A DNA stretch of 64,000 nt, taken from NCBI GenBank assembly GCA_965649765.1, contig OZ287761.1, positions 3,658,001 through 3,722,000 on the forward strand, given 5' to 3'. The stretch is from Bispira polyomma (Eukaryota). The position numbers and the translations under genes are program-made. Numbering within the stretch: the stretch's first letter is position 1; the number at the start of each line of letters is the position of its first letter. The notes beneath the pieces are model-generated. The model worked only from the letters and a program-made list of their open reading frames with translations, was not told the DNA's origin and made no database searches. Positions 13,376-25,614 of the stretch are shown one piece after another.

Positions 13376-13595
13376 AATTTAGTTTGGTTTTCACGTCACT
13401 TTGAACAGCTTAGGTCACGATGGCCAGATTGACTAATGCAAGAAACCAGTGCTGAAGCCACTGTGTAAACCACTGACCTTACGGCAAGTACCTGATAAAC
13501 TTTGCCACATGAAGGGGCATCCAGGATTCGAACTCACATTAGTGAGAGGCCAGTGATTTGTGAAGCCAACGCTTTTAACCACTAGGCCACTAGTG
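13376..13595 (-). mobile_element. tRNA-derived SINE, family 1 (Meta-SINE-like)
   Basis: Minus strand has A box gtggcctagtgg, B box gttcgaatcc, a central gtacttgccgtaagg...ggtttctt domain and a gctgttcaaagtgacgtg tail; more than 10 copies in the window. Confidence 0.85.
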
Positions 13596-13795
13596 CCATA
13601 AAAGTAATGATGCATCTTAAATCCTTGACCTTTTGTCACCTGCAAATTACCAATTCTAGAACCTGAAAGCAAATGAAGCAAGTAAAGCTAATGTTCTTTT
13701 CACTGCAGTATTTTATTTTGAAAACACAGGACAGGAAATATGGTTATTTAAGGACTTTCTTTTAGTTGTAAAGGTTTTTCTAGGACAAGCATCAA

Positions 13796-14188
13796 CAGTA
13801 GAATCTTTTATTATCCAAACATATTGGGGAGAGAGCAAAAAGTTTTGTTCAGATAATAGAAAGTTTATAAAATAGAGGGAGGCATCTTAGTATGAAAAAG
13901 TTGGAAAATGTAAATTTGGGAGAGTGAAACTGTGTTCATAATATTGAAGTTTGGGATAACAGAAGTGTTTGGATAATAGAGGTTCTACTGGATCAGAACA
14001 ATTCCAATGTTAAGTACACAATACAGTGGAACCTCCTTTATCCAAACCTTTATTATCCAAACTTTTCCCAAACATATACGATGTCATATTTTTTGGTAAA
14101 AAAAAATGCTTCTTCTATTGTACAAACTTTCTCTTATCGAAACAAAGTCTGGCTCACCCAACATGTTTGGATAATAGAGGTTCTACTG
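13796..14188. mobile_element. Two adjacent Tc1/mariner(pogo)-type MITEs (13796-13990, 14024-14188)
   Basis: TIR cagtagaacctctattatcc...ggataatagaggttctactg, TA flanks on the second copy. Confidence 0.82.
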
Positions 14189-14297
14189 TATTGAAGGAAT
14201 GTGTAGTAAGCATTGGAGACAAAAGCCACAAAAAAAACGTCACAGGGCAAGAAATCTCAAATTAATCACAGTGAAAAGCCAGAGTAAACTTGAATTA

Positions 14298-14577
14298 CTT
14301 GGGTTTCTTTTATATCACTTTCAACAGCTTAGGTCATATCAAACCTGACAAACTTTCCTTCATGCAGGAACAAACAGGATTTAAACCCACATTCGAGAGG
14401 GGTTAGGATTTTTCTCTGTTCTTTCCTTTATGTGGTCAAGTTCATCAGGTACTTACCATAGGGTAGGTCGGTGGTTTACAGTAGATTTAGCACTGGTTTC
14501 TTCCACCATTGAATCAGGCTACTGTAATTTGACCCAAGCCGTTGAAAGCGATGTAAATCCCAACTGAATTCAAATTT
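14298..14577. mobile_element. Two oppositely oriented truncated SINE family 1 copies
   Basis: Tail at 14298-14340 is the reverse complement of the tail at 14530-14577. Confidence 0.75.
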
Positions 14578-14648
14578 AGCATGTGCCATATTTAAGATTT
14601 TTTGCTTTTCATCATGAGTTTAACAAAAATTCTTTTCCAGCAAAATAC

Positions 14649-14922
14649 CTCTTTATGTTGCGTGGATTCTGCACCCTCGGCAATCAACTCCGCGGCACCT
14701 TCCTCTGGATACAACTCATGGGAGGTTAAGACTCGGGTAGTTTCACGGCCCCTGACCGACGGGTGGGCCAGTTGGTACTGAATCTCCTCATGAGATGTCT
14801 TCTCAAAGCCTGGAGCATCCACAGTATCTTCTGTGGTTTCTGCTCTGAGCTGAATGTCATCCATGCCGGCAGTTTTCTGAAGCTGCCACTTCACGTCGGC
14901 CATTTGAACGGTTTCTTCGAAC
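14649..14922 (-). CDS. Exon with diverged repeat units (FEETVQMADVKWQ...STQHKE)
   Basis: tcgtag acceptor phase 2, GAG|gtattt donor phase 0. Confidence 0.85.
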
Positions 14923-15559
14923 CTACGACAGGGAATTTTGATACAATAGAATCTCTAGGATTTCTTCAGTTAATAAGAGGGTTCGTTAACTAGAATTAAA
15001 TATTTTTTGCATAAAGAGATAAGAAAATGTGAACAGTTTCTTCAAACCTACAAAAGGAAATTCATAGAGTAGAATCTATGATCTGAACGTTTTGGGAGAT
15101 AAAAAGGTTTTCTTCAGTGCAAGCTAACGTCATTGTGTTATACTGTTAACAGTCTATTTATACAGGTGACCCCATTTTTCACTTAAATAGACCTGTGTAT
15201 TTAAGACCTTGTGATCACCACACCAAACTCTCTGCAGCCAATACTTGAACCAGGGACCTTATGATCACTAAACCAACTCCTGAAAAACCAATGCCGTTTC
15301 CGAACCCTTTTTTCATCAATCTCATCAATCCCCCCCCCCCATATGTTCCCATTATTCTGTGGTTTACCCACACTCCTTTGTTTGTCAATCCTAACTTCTT
15401 CCACTATTTACTCATTTAATCAATATCATATACCCACTGTTTACCCACACCTTTGTTCATCATTCTCAAGATTCCCTCATGTTCTCATTATTCTTCCAAT
15501 TACCCACCTCTGTTTGTCCATCTCAAGTCACCCCCCCCCCCCCACCCTCTTGCACTGAC

Positions 15560-15803
15560 CTCACCAATCTCTCATATCTTCCATTTACCCACCCTTGTTC
15601 ATCTATCTCCAGTTCCTCCACCACTTCCTCCTCGTAATCCTGCGTCTCCGTTTCCTCCTGGATCTCTTTGCGTAGTTTCTCCATGTTTTCCAGGAACCTC
15701 TGTGTCTTGGACTGGAATTCAACCTCGTCCATGGAACTAGACGAGATGACTGATTCGGCCTGAGAGGCGCTGGCCTCTTCACTGTCAGGCACGTATTCAA
15801 ACA
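15560..15803 (-). CDS. Acidic exon (FEYVPDSEEAS...RYERLV)
   Basis: ttccag acceptor, AG|gtcagt donor; phase 1-2. Confidence 0.88.
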
Positions 15804-16286
15804 CTGGAAATATTTAAAATACCGACGTAAATATGGTGTCAATGACAGACTCGTCATGAGATGCACTATTACACCTAAAATCAAAGATCAAAATCTTATG
15901 ACTAAAACTTAGTTAAAACCAAGACCTTTTATGAATACGGCCACTCGTTTCCCAAACCAATAATTCAGTTTGTCACAATATGACCACAAAGATTTTGAAA
16001 ATTAAATACCTAGGGCTGTAAAAGAGTACTCGTTAAAGAATTGAGTAATCAAATAAGAAAGTAAAAAATTAGAAAAAAAGGAGCACTCTTTGTCAGTAGA
16101 TTTAGAAATATTCTCATAAAATTTATCTCAATCGAGTCATATTCTACCATTTTAAAAAGAAAATCATGCAAGTTCTGGCTATTTAAAGAGTAGAGTAATG
16201 GTACTCAGGTACAAAACTTACTACTCGTGGCAGCTCTAGAAGTACTCCAAATAAACCTAAATTCCTACTCTTATCTACCCACTTAC

Positions 16287-16697
16287 CTTCGACCTGTAAG
16301 AAGGCCCTGGATGTTGCTCTGCCGTACTTGTTGAGGGCAATACACTCATATTTGCCCGTGTCCTGTGGGAACACCTCCAGTATGTGCAGTATACACTCCC
16401 CGGACTCGCGGTCGTAGTGCGTCTTAAAGTCAGGGTTGTCCACAACCAGCTTGCCGTTGTGGTACCATGTGACCTCGGGGATTGGGTTTCCTGTAACGCG
16501 GCACACAAACTTGACCTCTTCTCCGTCCATGACCTTGAGAGGGTTGAGTTCCCAGATAAATCTAGGTGGCGACCCTTCAAGGTGGATCTGGAACTCCTGA
16601 CGCTGGGCCTCGATCGCCTCGATCTGCTTGGATTTGTGGATCTTTAGGGCGCTGGTCTGACGCTGTGTAGTGGTGAGGTCGACCTCCATCTTTACAC
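16287..16697 (-). CDS. Linker + complete Ig (SPPRFIWELNPLKVMDGEEVKFVC...)
   Basis: tttcag acceptor, G|gtaagt donor. Confidence 0.93.
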
Positions 16698-17233
16698 CTG
16701 AAATATGTATATTGTGTTTGAGAGACATATCTATCTACATCTTAACACCTGGAATACATTAACACACCTGTAATATAAGGATATGTAAGGCGCTGGTCTG
16801 ACACTGGAGTACGTATAGATAGATTTAATGTACTAATCAGGTCCACTTCCATCTTAACACCTATAATATATACCTTGTATTAAAAAGAGACAGGTCTGCC
16901 TCCATCTTAACACCTGGAATACATGAATACACCTGTAAAATAAGGTCAACCTCCATTTTAACACCTGGAATACATTAACACACCTGTAATATATAGATCT
17001 GAAAGGTGCTGGTCTAATGCTGTGTACTAATCAGGTCAACCTTCAAAGAGTTTACCAACAAAATATGGGGACATCCATTCCTTGTACTTTTCGCCTAGAT
17101 ATCACCTACAATTTTACTATATAATTCTTTCTGTCAATTTTACTTGGTTTTTTGGTCAGTTTCAGGCATTTTTTTGTCAATGATTTAGCACAATGTCTAG
17201 TATTGTTCCTCAATTTAACATCACACAATGTAC

Positions 17234-17452
17234 CTCTTGGAGCTCCTCTTTGCTGGACGGTCAAGGACGTACTCTTCTTCTCCTTAGGAAGGGCAAAGGT
17301 CATGGACACGGGTTTGTGACGTGTCTGATCAATGGCCAGTGTCTCGGAGTAACGTCTTTGTTTGGAGATCGGCATCTGTAGGGTTTGACGCTGGGTCACT
17401 GATGCTTCGGCTCTATGCTTTAGGTCGATGATCTTCTTCTCCGTGAAAATAC
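17234..17452 (-). CDS. Unique-sequence exon (IFTEKKIIDLK...RRYSET...RGAPR)
   Basis: ctccag acceptor, G|gtacat donor; phase 1-1. Confidence 0.85.
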
Positions 17453-18117
17453 CTGGAGAAAAATAAAAATACACAGATAGAAATAACACAGTTTTTTCAT
17501 TTCAAGAAAGCAATTACCTTAGTCAGAAAAATTATGATGCCACTTTCTAGTCTATTAAAAAAAATTGTGTACGTCTTTTATATCGCAGCAGTTATAAACT
17601 GAAGAGTACCTATCTCTTACCGAAATGTGTATTTATATTTTGATTATTTATATTTCAAAGATTCAAAGTTTGTTTCGTCATATATATTTGTAAAGCATTT
17701 TAAATGTGCTGTTAAAAACGTTTAGACTGGAAGGTGGTACATCGGCGATACAGCAATTTTACTTCCGCCAAAACATCTGCATCTACTGCTCGGTTTGTTT
17801 GTGTCACCAGGATCACTTCATTTATTTATTTATTTATTTTAATTTAGGTGGGTTTATACTACCTCTATCACCGCACTCATTACCTGGTCATTTCCACTTG
17901 TTTTCTACCTGTATCAACACACTTATTACCTGGTCATTCCACTATTTCTACCTATATTAACATACTCATTACCTCCATTTTGAGGTTTCAGCTGAGATTG
18001 CTGCTGGAATATAACCTCTGTCTCTGCTGTAGCTGAAACTCTCCAAACTTATCGTTACCTGTATTAACACATTTACCTGGTAATTCCACCCGTTTCTACC
18101 TGTATTAACACTCATAC

Positions 18118-18372
18118 CTGGTAGTTCCACCTCCATTTTGAGAGGTTTTGGCTGAGGTTGCTGCTGGAATATGACCTCCGTCTTCGACAGCCGTCTCTCT
18201 GGAAGTCCAAACTGTAGCTGAAACTGCCTGAACTTCTCCTTGTGGTCGATAGAGATGGTCTCGGAAAACCTACGTTTCTCCGTCACTTGAATGGGTTCCA
18301 CGGTCTTCACCACCTGGGTGGTCTTACTAACGATCTTCTCGGTGCCTTCTTCATCAGAGGACGAGGATGGTA
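18118..18372 (-). CDS. Unique-sequence exon (PSSSSDEEG...RRFSET...KMEVELP)
   Basis: tttttag acceptor, G|gtatga donor; phase 1-1. Confidence 0.88.
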
Positions 18373-18805
18373 CTAAAAACACAGAAGAAAATAGGAAACT
18401 CCATTATCCAAGCATGTAGAGAGAGCAAGATTTTATTCAGATACTAGAAGGTTGACCAAATAGAACGAGACATTTCTGTCAATAAAAACAATAGGGAAAT
18501 CTTAATTAGAGAGAACGAAATGAGTCCATAAAATCGAATAATTGGATAAGAGAAGTTCAGATAATAGAGGTTCTACTGGATTTGTCTGGTACTCAAAGTA
18601 CTAATTAACCCGAAGCAATAACTAACCTTTTCCTGATTGTCCAAGTAAAGCAAACTTAGGAACCAGTTTATAAGACCAAAGCAAAATAATCTAATCGCAC
18701 AAGATATATGATCATAATTTGTACCTACACATAAACATTTGGCAGTATATATGTATGATAACATACATAAACATACATGTAGTGGATATGCCCCGCTTGT
18801 AAATA

Positions 18806-19157
18806 ACCATACTTCATACTTACATCTCACAAACATATGTCAGTAAGTCACCATACCTTACATACACAAAACCATACTCCATACTTACATCCCACAAACA
18901 TATGGCAGTAAGTCCCCGCGGCCCAATACTTGTTCTCTGCCTTCACCATACCTTACATGTAACCATACTTCATACTTATATCTCAAAAACATATGGCAGT
19001 AGGTCTGTATTTAATACTTACATCTCACAAACATATGGCAGTAGGTCACCGCCGTATATACTTGTTCTTTGCCTTCACCATACCTTACATACATATATAA
19101 CCATACTTTATACTTACATCTTAAAAACATATGACAGTAGGTCTATGTTTAATACTT
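18806..19157. repeat. Tandem degenerate copies of the exon 19160 donor junction
   Basis: atacttacatctcacaaacatatggcagtaggtc repeated ~5 times. Confidence 0.9.
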
Positions 19158-19159
19158 AC

Positions 19160-19996
19160 ATCTCACAAACATGTGGCAGTAGGTCACCGCCGCCCCATAC
19201 TTGTTCTCTGCCTTCACCATATACTCCCCCTCATCCTCGGGGAACACCTCAATGATCACCAAGGTGCTCTCCTTGGTCTGTGTGTCCACAAAGATCTGGA
19301 AGTCCCTGCTCGGCTTGATCGGCTGGCTGTTGAAGTACCACGTGATCTTGGGGTTCGGGTAACCTTGGTAACAGACCCTAAACATAGCCTGGTCCCCATC
19401 GTTGACGGTGAGGTCGCGGAGGGGCAGGGTGAACCTCGGGGGCTCAAACTCGGGTATCACGGCGCAGGGTTCAGCCATCTGACCACCTGGGCCAGGTTGA
19501 CCTACACCTGGCGGTCCATGAAAGGCCGTCTGCGCCTGAGGTGCCGTCTCGGGACGAATCGGGCCGTCAACCATATCAGGAGCACCGGGTACTCGGATGG
19601 GACCGGTCGGTGCTCTGATGCGGACGTTTAAGATGGTCCTCGTGTGGCCTTCACCCAGTGGGTTCATCGCCTTGACGATATACTCTCCTGCATCCAGTGG
19701 GCTGGCATTGTTGATGGTCAGTGAGGTCAGACCTTCTTCATTGAGAATGGTCGTTCTGACGGTTGACAGGATCTCCCGGCTGTTGTGAAACCACTGAATC
19801 CGTGGCTCTGGCTCAGCTTCCACGAGACACTGCAGCGTGATCGTGTCCCCTTCAAGGACGTCCATCTGAGGATTCAGAGGTCGGGTGAAGGTCGGCGAGT
19901 TCTCAATGATCCTCGTCTCCTGTTCCCCGACCACCGTGACCTTCTCTTTCTTCACTGAGACGGTTTTCTCGGTGATGGTGACGTCGGCATTGGCAG
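19160..19996 (-). CDS. Two Ig domains with Pro/Gly-rich linker
   Basis: gtccag acceptor, T|gtaagt donor. Confidence 0.93.
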
Positions 19997-20491
19997 CTGG
20001 ACAAAACAGAAGAGACGAGAGAAACTAATTAAAACTGACATTGAAAAGCAGGCTTGTAAAAATACAGTAGATTCTATGAAACTTGAATGTGCAATATCCA
20101 TAGGTGAATTGGGTTCTACTTATACCTAAATTTTATTAACTAGTATTTCTACATGTTGCGACCAGAAAATTTTGATTTAAATTTAAACTTACACTATTTG
20201 TAGTTACATTAGAATCTACTGTATTAACTAACATGGCTGAGCTGTAGAATTCACTGACAGTATATATACATATATATATAGCCATATTTGTAGTGTGTTC
20301 ATATCTTCAGACATTTGAGAAGATTTTGGCACTTTAAATATCACAGAATTTAGTTTAGTCTCCATATCACACTATACATTTTCACAAGAACCCAAAACAT
20401 CAAAAGTGTAATGTACATATTCCTCCTATGCATTATTAGGAAACTCAAATACTGTTATTCACAAACTTACTAAATAAATACTCAGAAGACC

Positions 20492-20736
20492 GGGGCTGAT
20501 ATTCTCAAACATATACTCAGCTTAAAGTCACACTCAACTCAAATCTAGATTCTCTGTAACTCTGGATACAACAAAGATATCTAAAATCTAACTTCATATT
20601 TGAATTCAGTGTTGGAAGCTCTATTAAAATGCATGGTCACAAGTATAGGTTATTTTCATGTACAGGGATTTCCACATGGTCTATATTTGAGTTGAGTATG
20701 AGTTTAAGCTGAGTATACGTTCCAGAATACGGCCCC
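20492..20736. mobile_element. MITE with GGGCC-type TIRs (PIF/Harbinger-like); inverted copy at 59814-60055
   Basis: ~60-bp imperfect TIR tattctcaaacatatactcagcttaaa...tttaagctgagtatacgttccagaata. Confidence 0.78.
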
Positions 20737-21078
20737 AAGACACCAGAAATGTGAGTTTGAAACTCAAATATTATCAAACACACACAACATGTAGTACAGA
20801 AGGATAGTTGTATTTGTCTTTTGTATTTTTAACGCGCCTTACTGATGCAAGCGCAACGACAGGAGCAATTAACCAATCGAGAAGTCCCAAAAAATACAAA
20901 GCCAAGTAGGGTTTTAAAGTGTATATTTTTTAATACATATATTGTGTCAGTTTAAAGTGTCCATCTTAAGTAAAGCAGAAGACAAGATGTACATCTTGTA
21001 CTATTCAGCAGACCATAAATAAATGGCTCAGTGCATCTTGTAGAAGAAGTGAACATACAATGCTTTAGTAAAAACCCC

Positions 21079-21390
21079 TGGTGCCATATTCACTAATAGA
21101 CTTGGCAAAGTCTTAGGCTTAAATCTATCACAACAGTATACTAGATGTAAGCCCAACACTTGGCTTAGTCCGTTAAAAGAGATAAGTCTGAACCTTGTCT
21201 TAACATTTTGGTCTTTGATTTTTGCTGAAAAGGTTAAGATTTTGGTCTTAGTCCCAGTGACAGTAAGAAAAGATCTTTAGTTAGTGTTAACTTTGCACTT
21301 AACACTAAGACTAACAGTAGGCAGTCTTAAATATTTTAGACATAGATGTTAAGACTAAGTGAAAAGCAAGACCTTTTGTGAATACGGCCC
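21079..21390. mobile_element. MITE family with gggccgtattcac TIRs (also 28970-29068, 35305-35541, 60060-60500, 60625-60826)
   Basis: Shared TIR and cttagtctta sub-repeats. Confidence 0.75.
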
Positions 21391-22519
21391 TAACAAAAAA
21401 TTACAACATCAATGCAAGCTACACTGTAGTTGTACAAAAGTCGATACAATCCTGACTTATTTACCATGATGTTACACTAACCGTCATTTGAGCTTTGACC
21501 TTGGTTTTTGTGACCATTGGCATATTTGGATGTAAAAGATCATGCTTTTTATCCTGACCTTCATTTTCAACTTTGACCGTGGCTTTTTTTGGCAGCAAGT
21601 TTAAGGCGACAATAGTGGAGATTTAGCAGACTATAAGTGTTATGAACTGAAGTGATTGCACATAACACTACTGAACTGAGTGATATAAGGTCTCAAGGAG
21701 GGATGGACCAAAGACAGATCCAATTTGTAGGGCAGGTCTGGCATTTTAATCATTGTATTTTTTACTTTGAGGCCTTGGCAGAGGTGTGCACTCCATTGAG
21801 TGGCCGTCATACTACAATACTAAAGTATCATGTTACAAATTTAATGTATAAAATTTAAAATGTATAACTGAATAAAATCAATTTTATTCTAATTAATAAT
21901 TGGGTGACACTGAACAACAGAGTGAATGATTGTACTACAAAGCAACTTATAAAACTTATAAAAACCAATACACTAAAACAAAATAAAGAAATTATTATAA
22001 TGTACAATATATACTCTAACATAGCTATAGCTATATAAAGTTATAAACTGTAACATAAAGTAACTAAAATTATAATCCTGAGACATTCATTGAGAGCAAG
22101 CCTATATCTATTGCTGCTTCTAAATGGTTAATAGACACACATTCTATACACTAGTAATACAATCAATACAAATTTTAACACTGATTCCAGACACAAATAT
22201 CAGTTATTGAAAGGTCCAACAGCTGATATATAACAAGTTCTCTAAATACGAACATACATGAAAACACAAACATTTAAAACATCCATATTTCCTCACATAC
22301 TACAACATAAATTATAGTGGAAATTTTTTTAGCCAGAATTAAAGTTTCAATTTAGCTTTAAATTGATATTGTCAATAATATTTAGTCCACATTTTCACCA
22401 AAACTGATTACCACAAGAAAGAGTTCAAATGAATTTTCCAGCCTGAAAATTTCAATGTATACATAATTCTATGCAGGCCCCCACTTTCACATAGCCTTCT
22501 AGAATTCAGCTTTTAAAAT

Positions 22520-22831
22520 GTTAGTGCTGGCTTACACAATCACTGGTCTCTCACTTATGTTAGTTCGAATTCTGTTCATTCCTTCATGTGGGAAAGTTTG
22601 CCTGGTACTTTGCTGTAGGAGCGATGGTTTACAAGTGTCTTTCAGCACTGGTTTCTTCCACCATTGAATCTGGATATCGTGATTGAACAGTGGAAAAAAA
22701 CCAGTGCCAAAGCACTATAAACCACTGACCTACAGTAACTGATAACCTTCCCACATTAAGGAAACAAATTGGATTCGAGTCCATATTGGTGACAGGTAAC
22801 ACTTCTAAGCGCTAGGCCACCGCGGTGCCTC
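22520..22831. mobile_element. Inverted pair of SINE family 1 copies
   Basis: + copy 22520-22685 followed directly by - copy 22690-22831. Confidence 0.8.
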
Positions 22832-23143
22832 CTAAAATGTGTTACAGATACACAACCATGCCCCCCCCCCCCTAACCCCTTACGGTGATTATTAACTATA
22901 TTACTTTAAATTTACTAGGGAGACTTGTGAAGCAGGGACTTAGGCCTAGGCACATATTCACTTAGCCAAGTCTCAGGCTTAAATCTAGCACAAAAGTATA
23001 TATTAGATTTAAGCACTTGGTGGCTAATTCCGTTAGTGAATACAGACGGGCCTAGGAATACAACACTAACAAATACCACATGGAGACAATGACAACACCA
23101 TCACAACAACAACGGACATCAACAACATCTCACAGATACTCAC

Positions 23144-25507
23144 GCACAACCACTAAGTTTGCAGTACAGCAGGCTTTGCCCGCAGGGTTGACCGCCTCAC
23201 ACACAACACTGGTCACATCCTGACCACTCGCCCCTTCTATCACTAACATACACTGCCCCACTCCTCCCCCCACCGTCTCCCCCTCCCAAGACATGTGTAC
23301 TCGGTGAGATTCCTGTATCGGCGTCTTTGTCTGCACAGCCATATCATCCCTTTCTCCTTCAGTAGTATACTCTTTATCCAGACATAGATCCCAGTACCAT
23401 GTGACCCGAGGTATTGGCGACCCCGTCACCAAACCTCGGAAGACACACGTCTCGCCTTCCTTCACGATCTGCGGCTGTATGGGAGTCAGGAAGTGAGGAG
23501 GCTCCATCTTGTGGCCTTGAACTTTGATCAGCCTCGTCTTGTGTGTGCCAGTTTTGATCTCCCCGACAACCTTGCGTTCGATCTTCTCACTTCCATAAAC
23601 AGTGGTTTCGACGGTATGCAAGGTCACTTTGCCCTTTTTCTCTTTCGGTTCTTCTTTCGCATTGTTCTCTTGAAGCTGTTCCTTTTCAGATCCGCTCGAT
23701 ACCTTGTTTGTTGTCATCTTACTATGAGTGGTTGTCTCCTGTTTTGACAACTCAGAACTCGTTTTTACCATTTTCTTTATGGTGTACTCGTGGGGTACTG
23801 GTACTGTTGTCGTTAGCGATACATGTCTCTGGGGTTCAATCCTTCCCACTCTAGGCTCCTCCAGCTTGGTCTTTAATATCACCTTTCTCACCTGTTGTTC
23901 TTTTGAGTCTTTTGTCAGTTTTACAGGTACCACTTTACTCCTGTCGGTTTCTAGCTTGGAAACGACCATCCGTTTTTTGGTGGCAGGAGACACAAACTTG
24001 GAAAAGACAGATCTGTGGGTGGATGTGTCGGGCAACGAGAGACTTCTGGGGTATCTATCTATGTGAATGGTTTCCGAATCGGAGAAGTAATTGTCCAAAC
24101 TCAGGTCTCTTCTATACATTGATTCACACTTTTTCTTTTTCTGAGTCGTTTTCTCGTAATACTCTCTTGTCTGTATCTCGTATTCATCTCGGTCCGAATG
24201 GCGTCCAGTGGCAGAAGACTGGTCAAGGTGTGACGACACTTTATGCCAATACACTTGACCGTGTGGCTTCATAGCATCGGGATAATTACCCTCTTCATCC
24301 TTCCTTATCCAAGGTTCCCCATGCAGTACGTCACTTGCCTGGTTTAGTTGTTTGGTCGGTTGTTTAGCTGGTTTTACGATCGTTTCTTGGTACCTCTTTC
24401 CTAAAGCTTTTACCATCATTGGTCTAGAAGGTAATCTTTCACTGTATTTCACATCTGATTCAATTTCTGAATGTTGTTTGGTCGGTTGTTTAGCTGGTTT
24501 TACGATCGTTTCTTGGTACCTCTCTCCCGAAGCTTTACCCATCACTGATCTATGAGGAAATCTTTCAATGTTTTCCACATCCGATTCAATTTCTGAATGT
24601 TGTTTGGTCCGTTGTTTAGCTGGTTTTACTATCGTTTCTTGGTACCTCTCTCCGGAAGCTTTAACCATCATTGGTCTAGGAAGTAATCTTTCACTGTATT
24701 CCACATCTGATTCAGTTTCTGAAAGTAGCATGTCTTGCACCTTTCTCTTATTAGCTGGCTTCTGACTTCTGGATTCCATAATCTTCTCAGTATACTTCCC
24801 ATCATCCTTCAGTTTGCTGTATACTCGATGCGTTGTTATTTCTTGCTGCTCTGACTGTTCGGCTGACGACATCTCAAGGTATTTCTCATCTCTCCTCTCT
24901 TCTCTATCTGCCCCGACATCGCCTATGGCAACGGGTACAGCCAGCCAATCAGATTCTCTTCCTCCGTGGATATCGTCTCCCCCTCCCTGTATATGGTTTA
25001 CATTAAGCTTCACTCCTCCACTCTCTACCAACTTCTCGACTTCCCTATCCTCCCCGTCATCACTGGGGTAGAATCTCATCCCACTTTCATACACCATGGA
25101 GTTATTGTCCGTATCGCTGAGTCGTGCCAGCTCAGAGGAATAAGAGTAGTCACTCTCAAAGCCCACAGGGTTATGGTAATAACCCTCTTCGTATAGATCG
25201 GGGTTTGGCGTGACCTCTAACTCCGCAGCCGAGATGGCTTCACCAAGGTCGTTCGTGGCCATGCATTTAAACAACCCTGTGTCTTCGGGGAAACACTCGT
25301 GAATGACCAGTTGACAATGACCCGTGTCCACGTCTTGGGTGATGCCGAAGACGCCCTTCCGCTTGTCTATATACACATTATTGTGGAACCACTTGATCTT
25401 GGGCGCTGGGTCGCCGTGGATGACGCATGACAGCGTCACATGATCACCGTCCATGGAGGTCAGTGGCATAAGTTCATGGATAAATCGAGGCGGACTTCCG
25501 ACCTTGC
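23144..25507 (-). CDS. 2364-nt symmetric exon: Ig + unique linker with 42-aa repeats + atypical Ig
   Basis: 818-aa ORF; catcag acceptor (weak), C|gtgagt donor; phase 1-1. Confidence 0.88.
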
Positions 25508-25614
25508 CTGATGCTTTAAAGTGACACACATAGAGGAGGTCAAGATAGATTTCTAGGGCTGGTATATTCCCCAAACATCTTAACACTCAAACTCAGACTA
25601 TTCATCATCTAATC

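Noticed and set aside
13540-13595. tRNA-like A and B boxes in SINE heads
   Set aside because: No complete cloverleaf; attached to dispersed SINE bodies.
20000-23130. Possible second terminal exon/3' UTR after read-through stop at 23130
   Set aside because: Strong in-phase gtgagt donor at 23144, and only generic AT-rich poly(A)-like hits.
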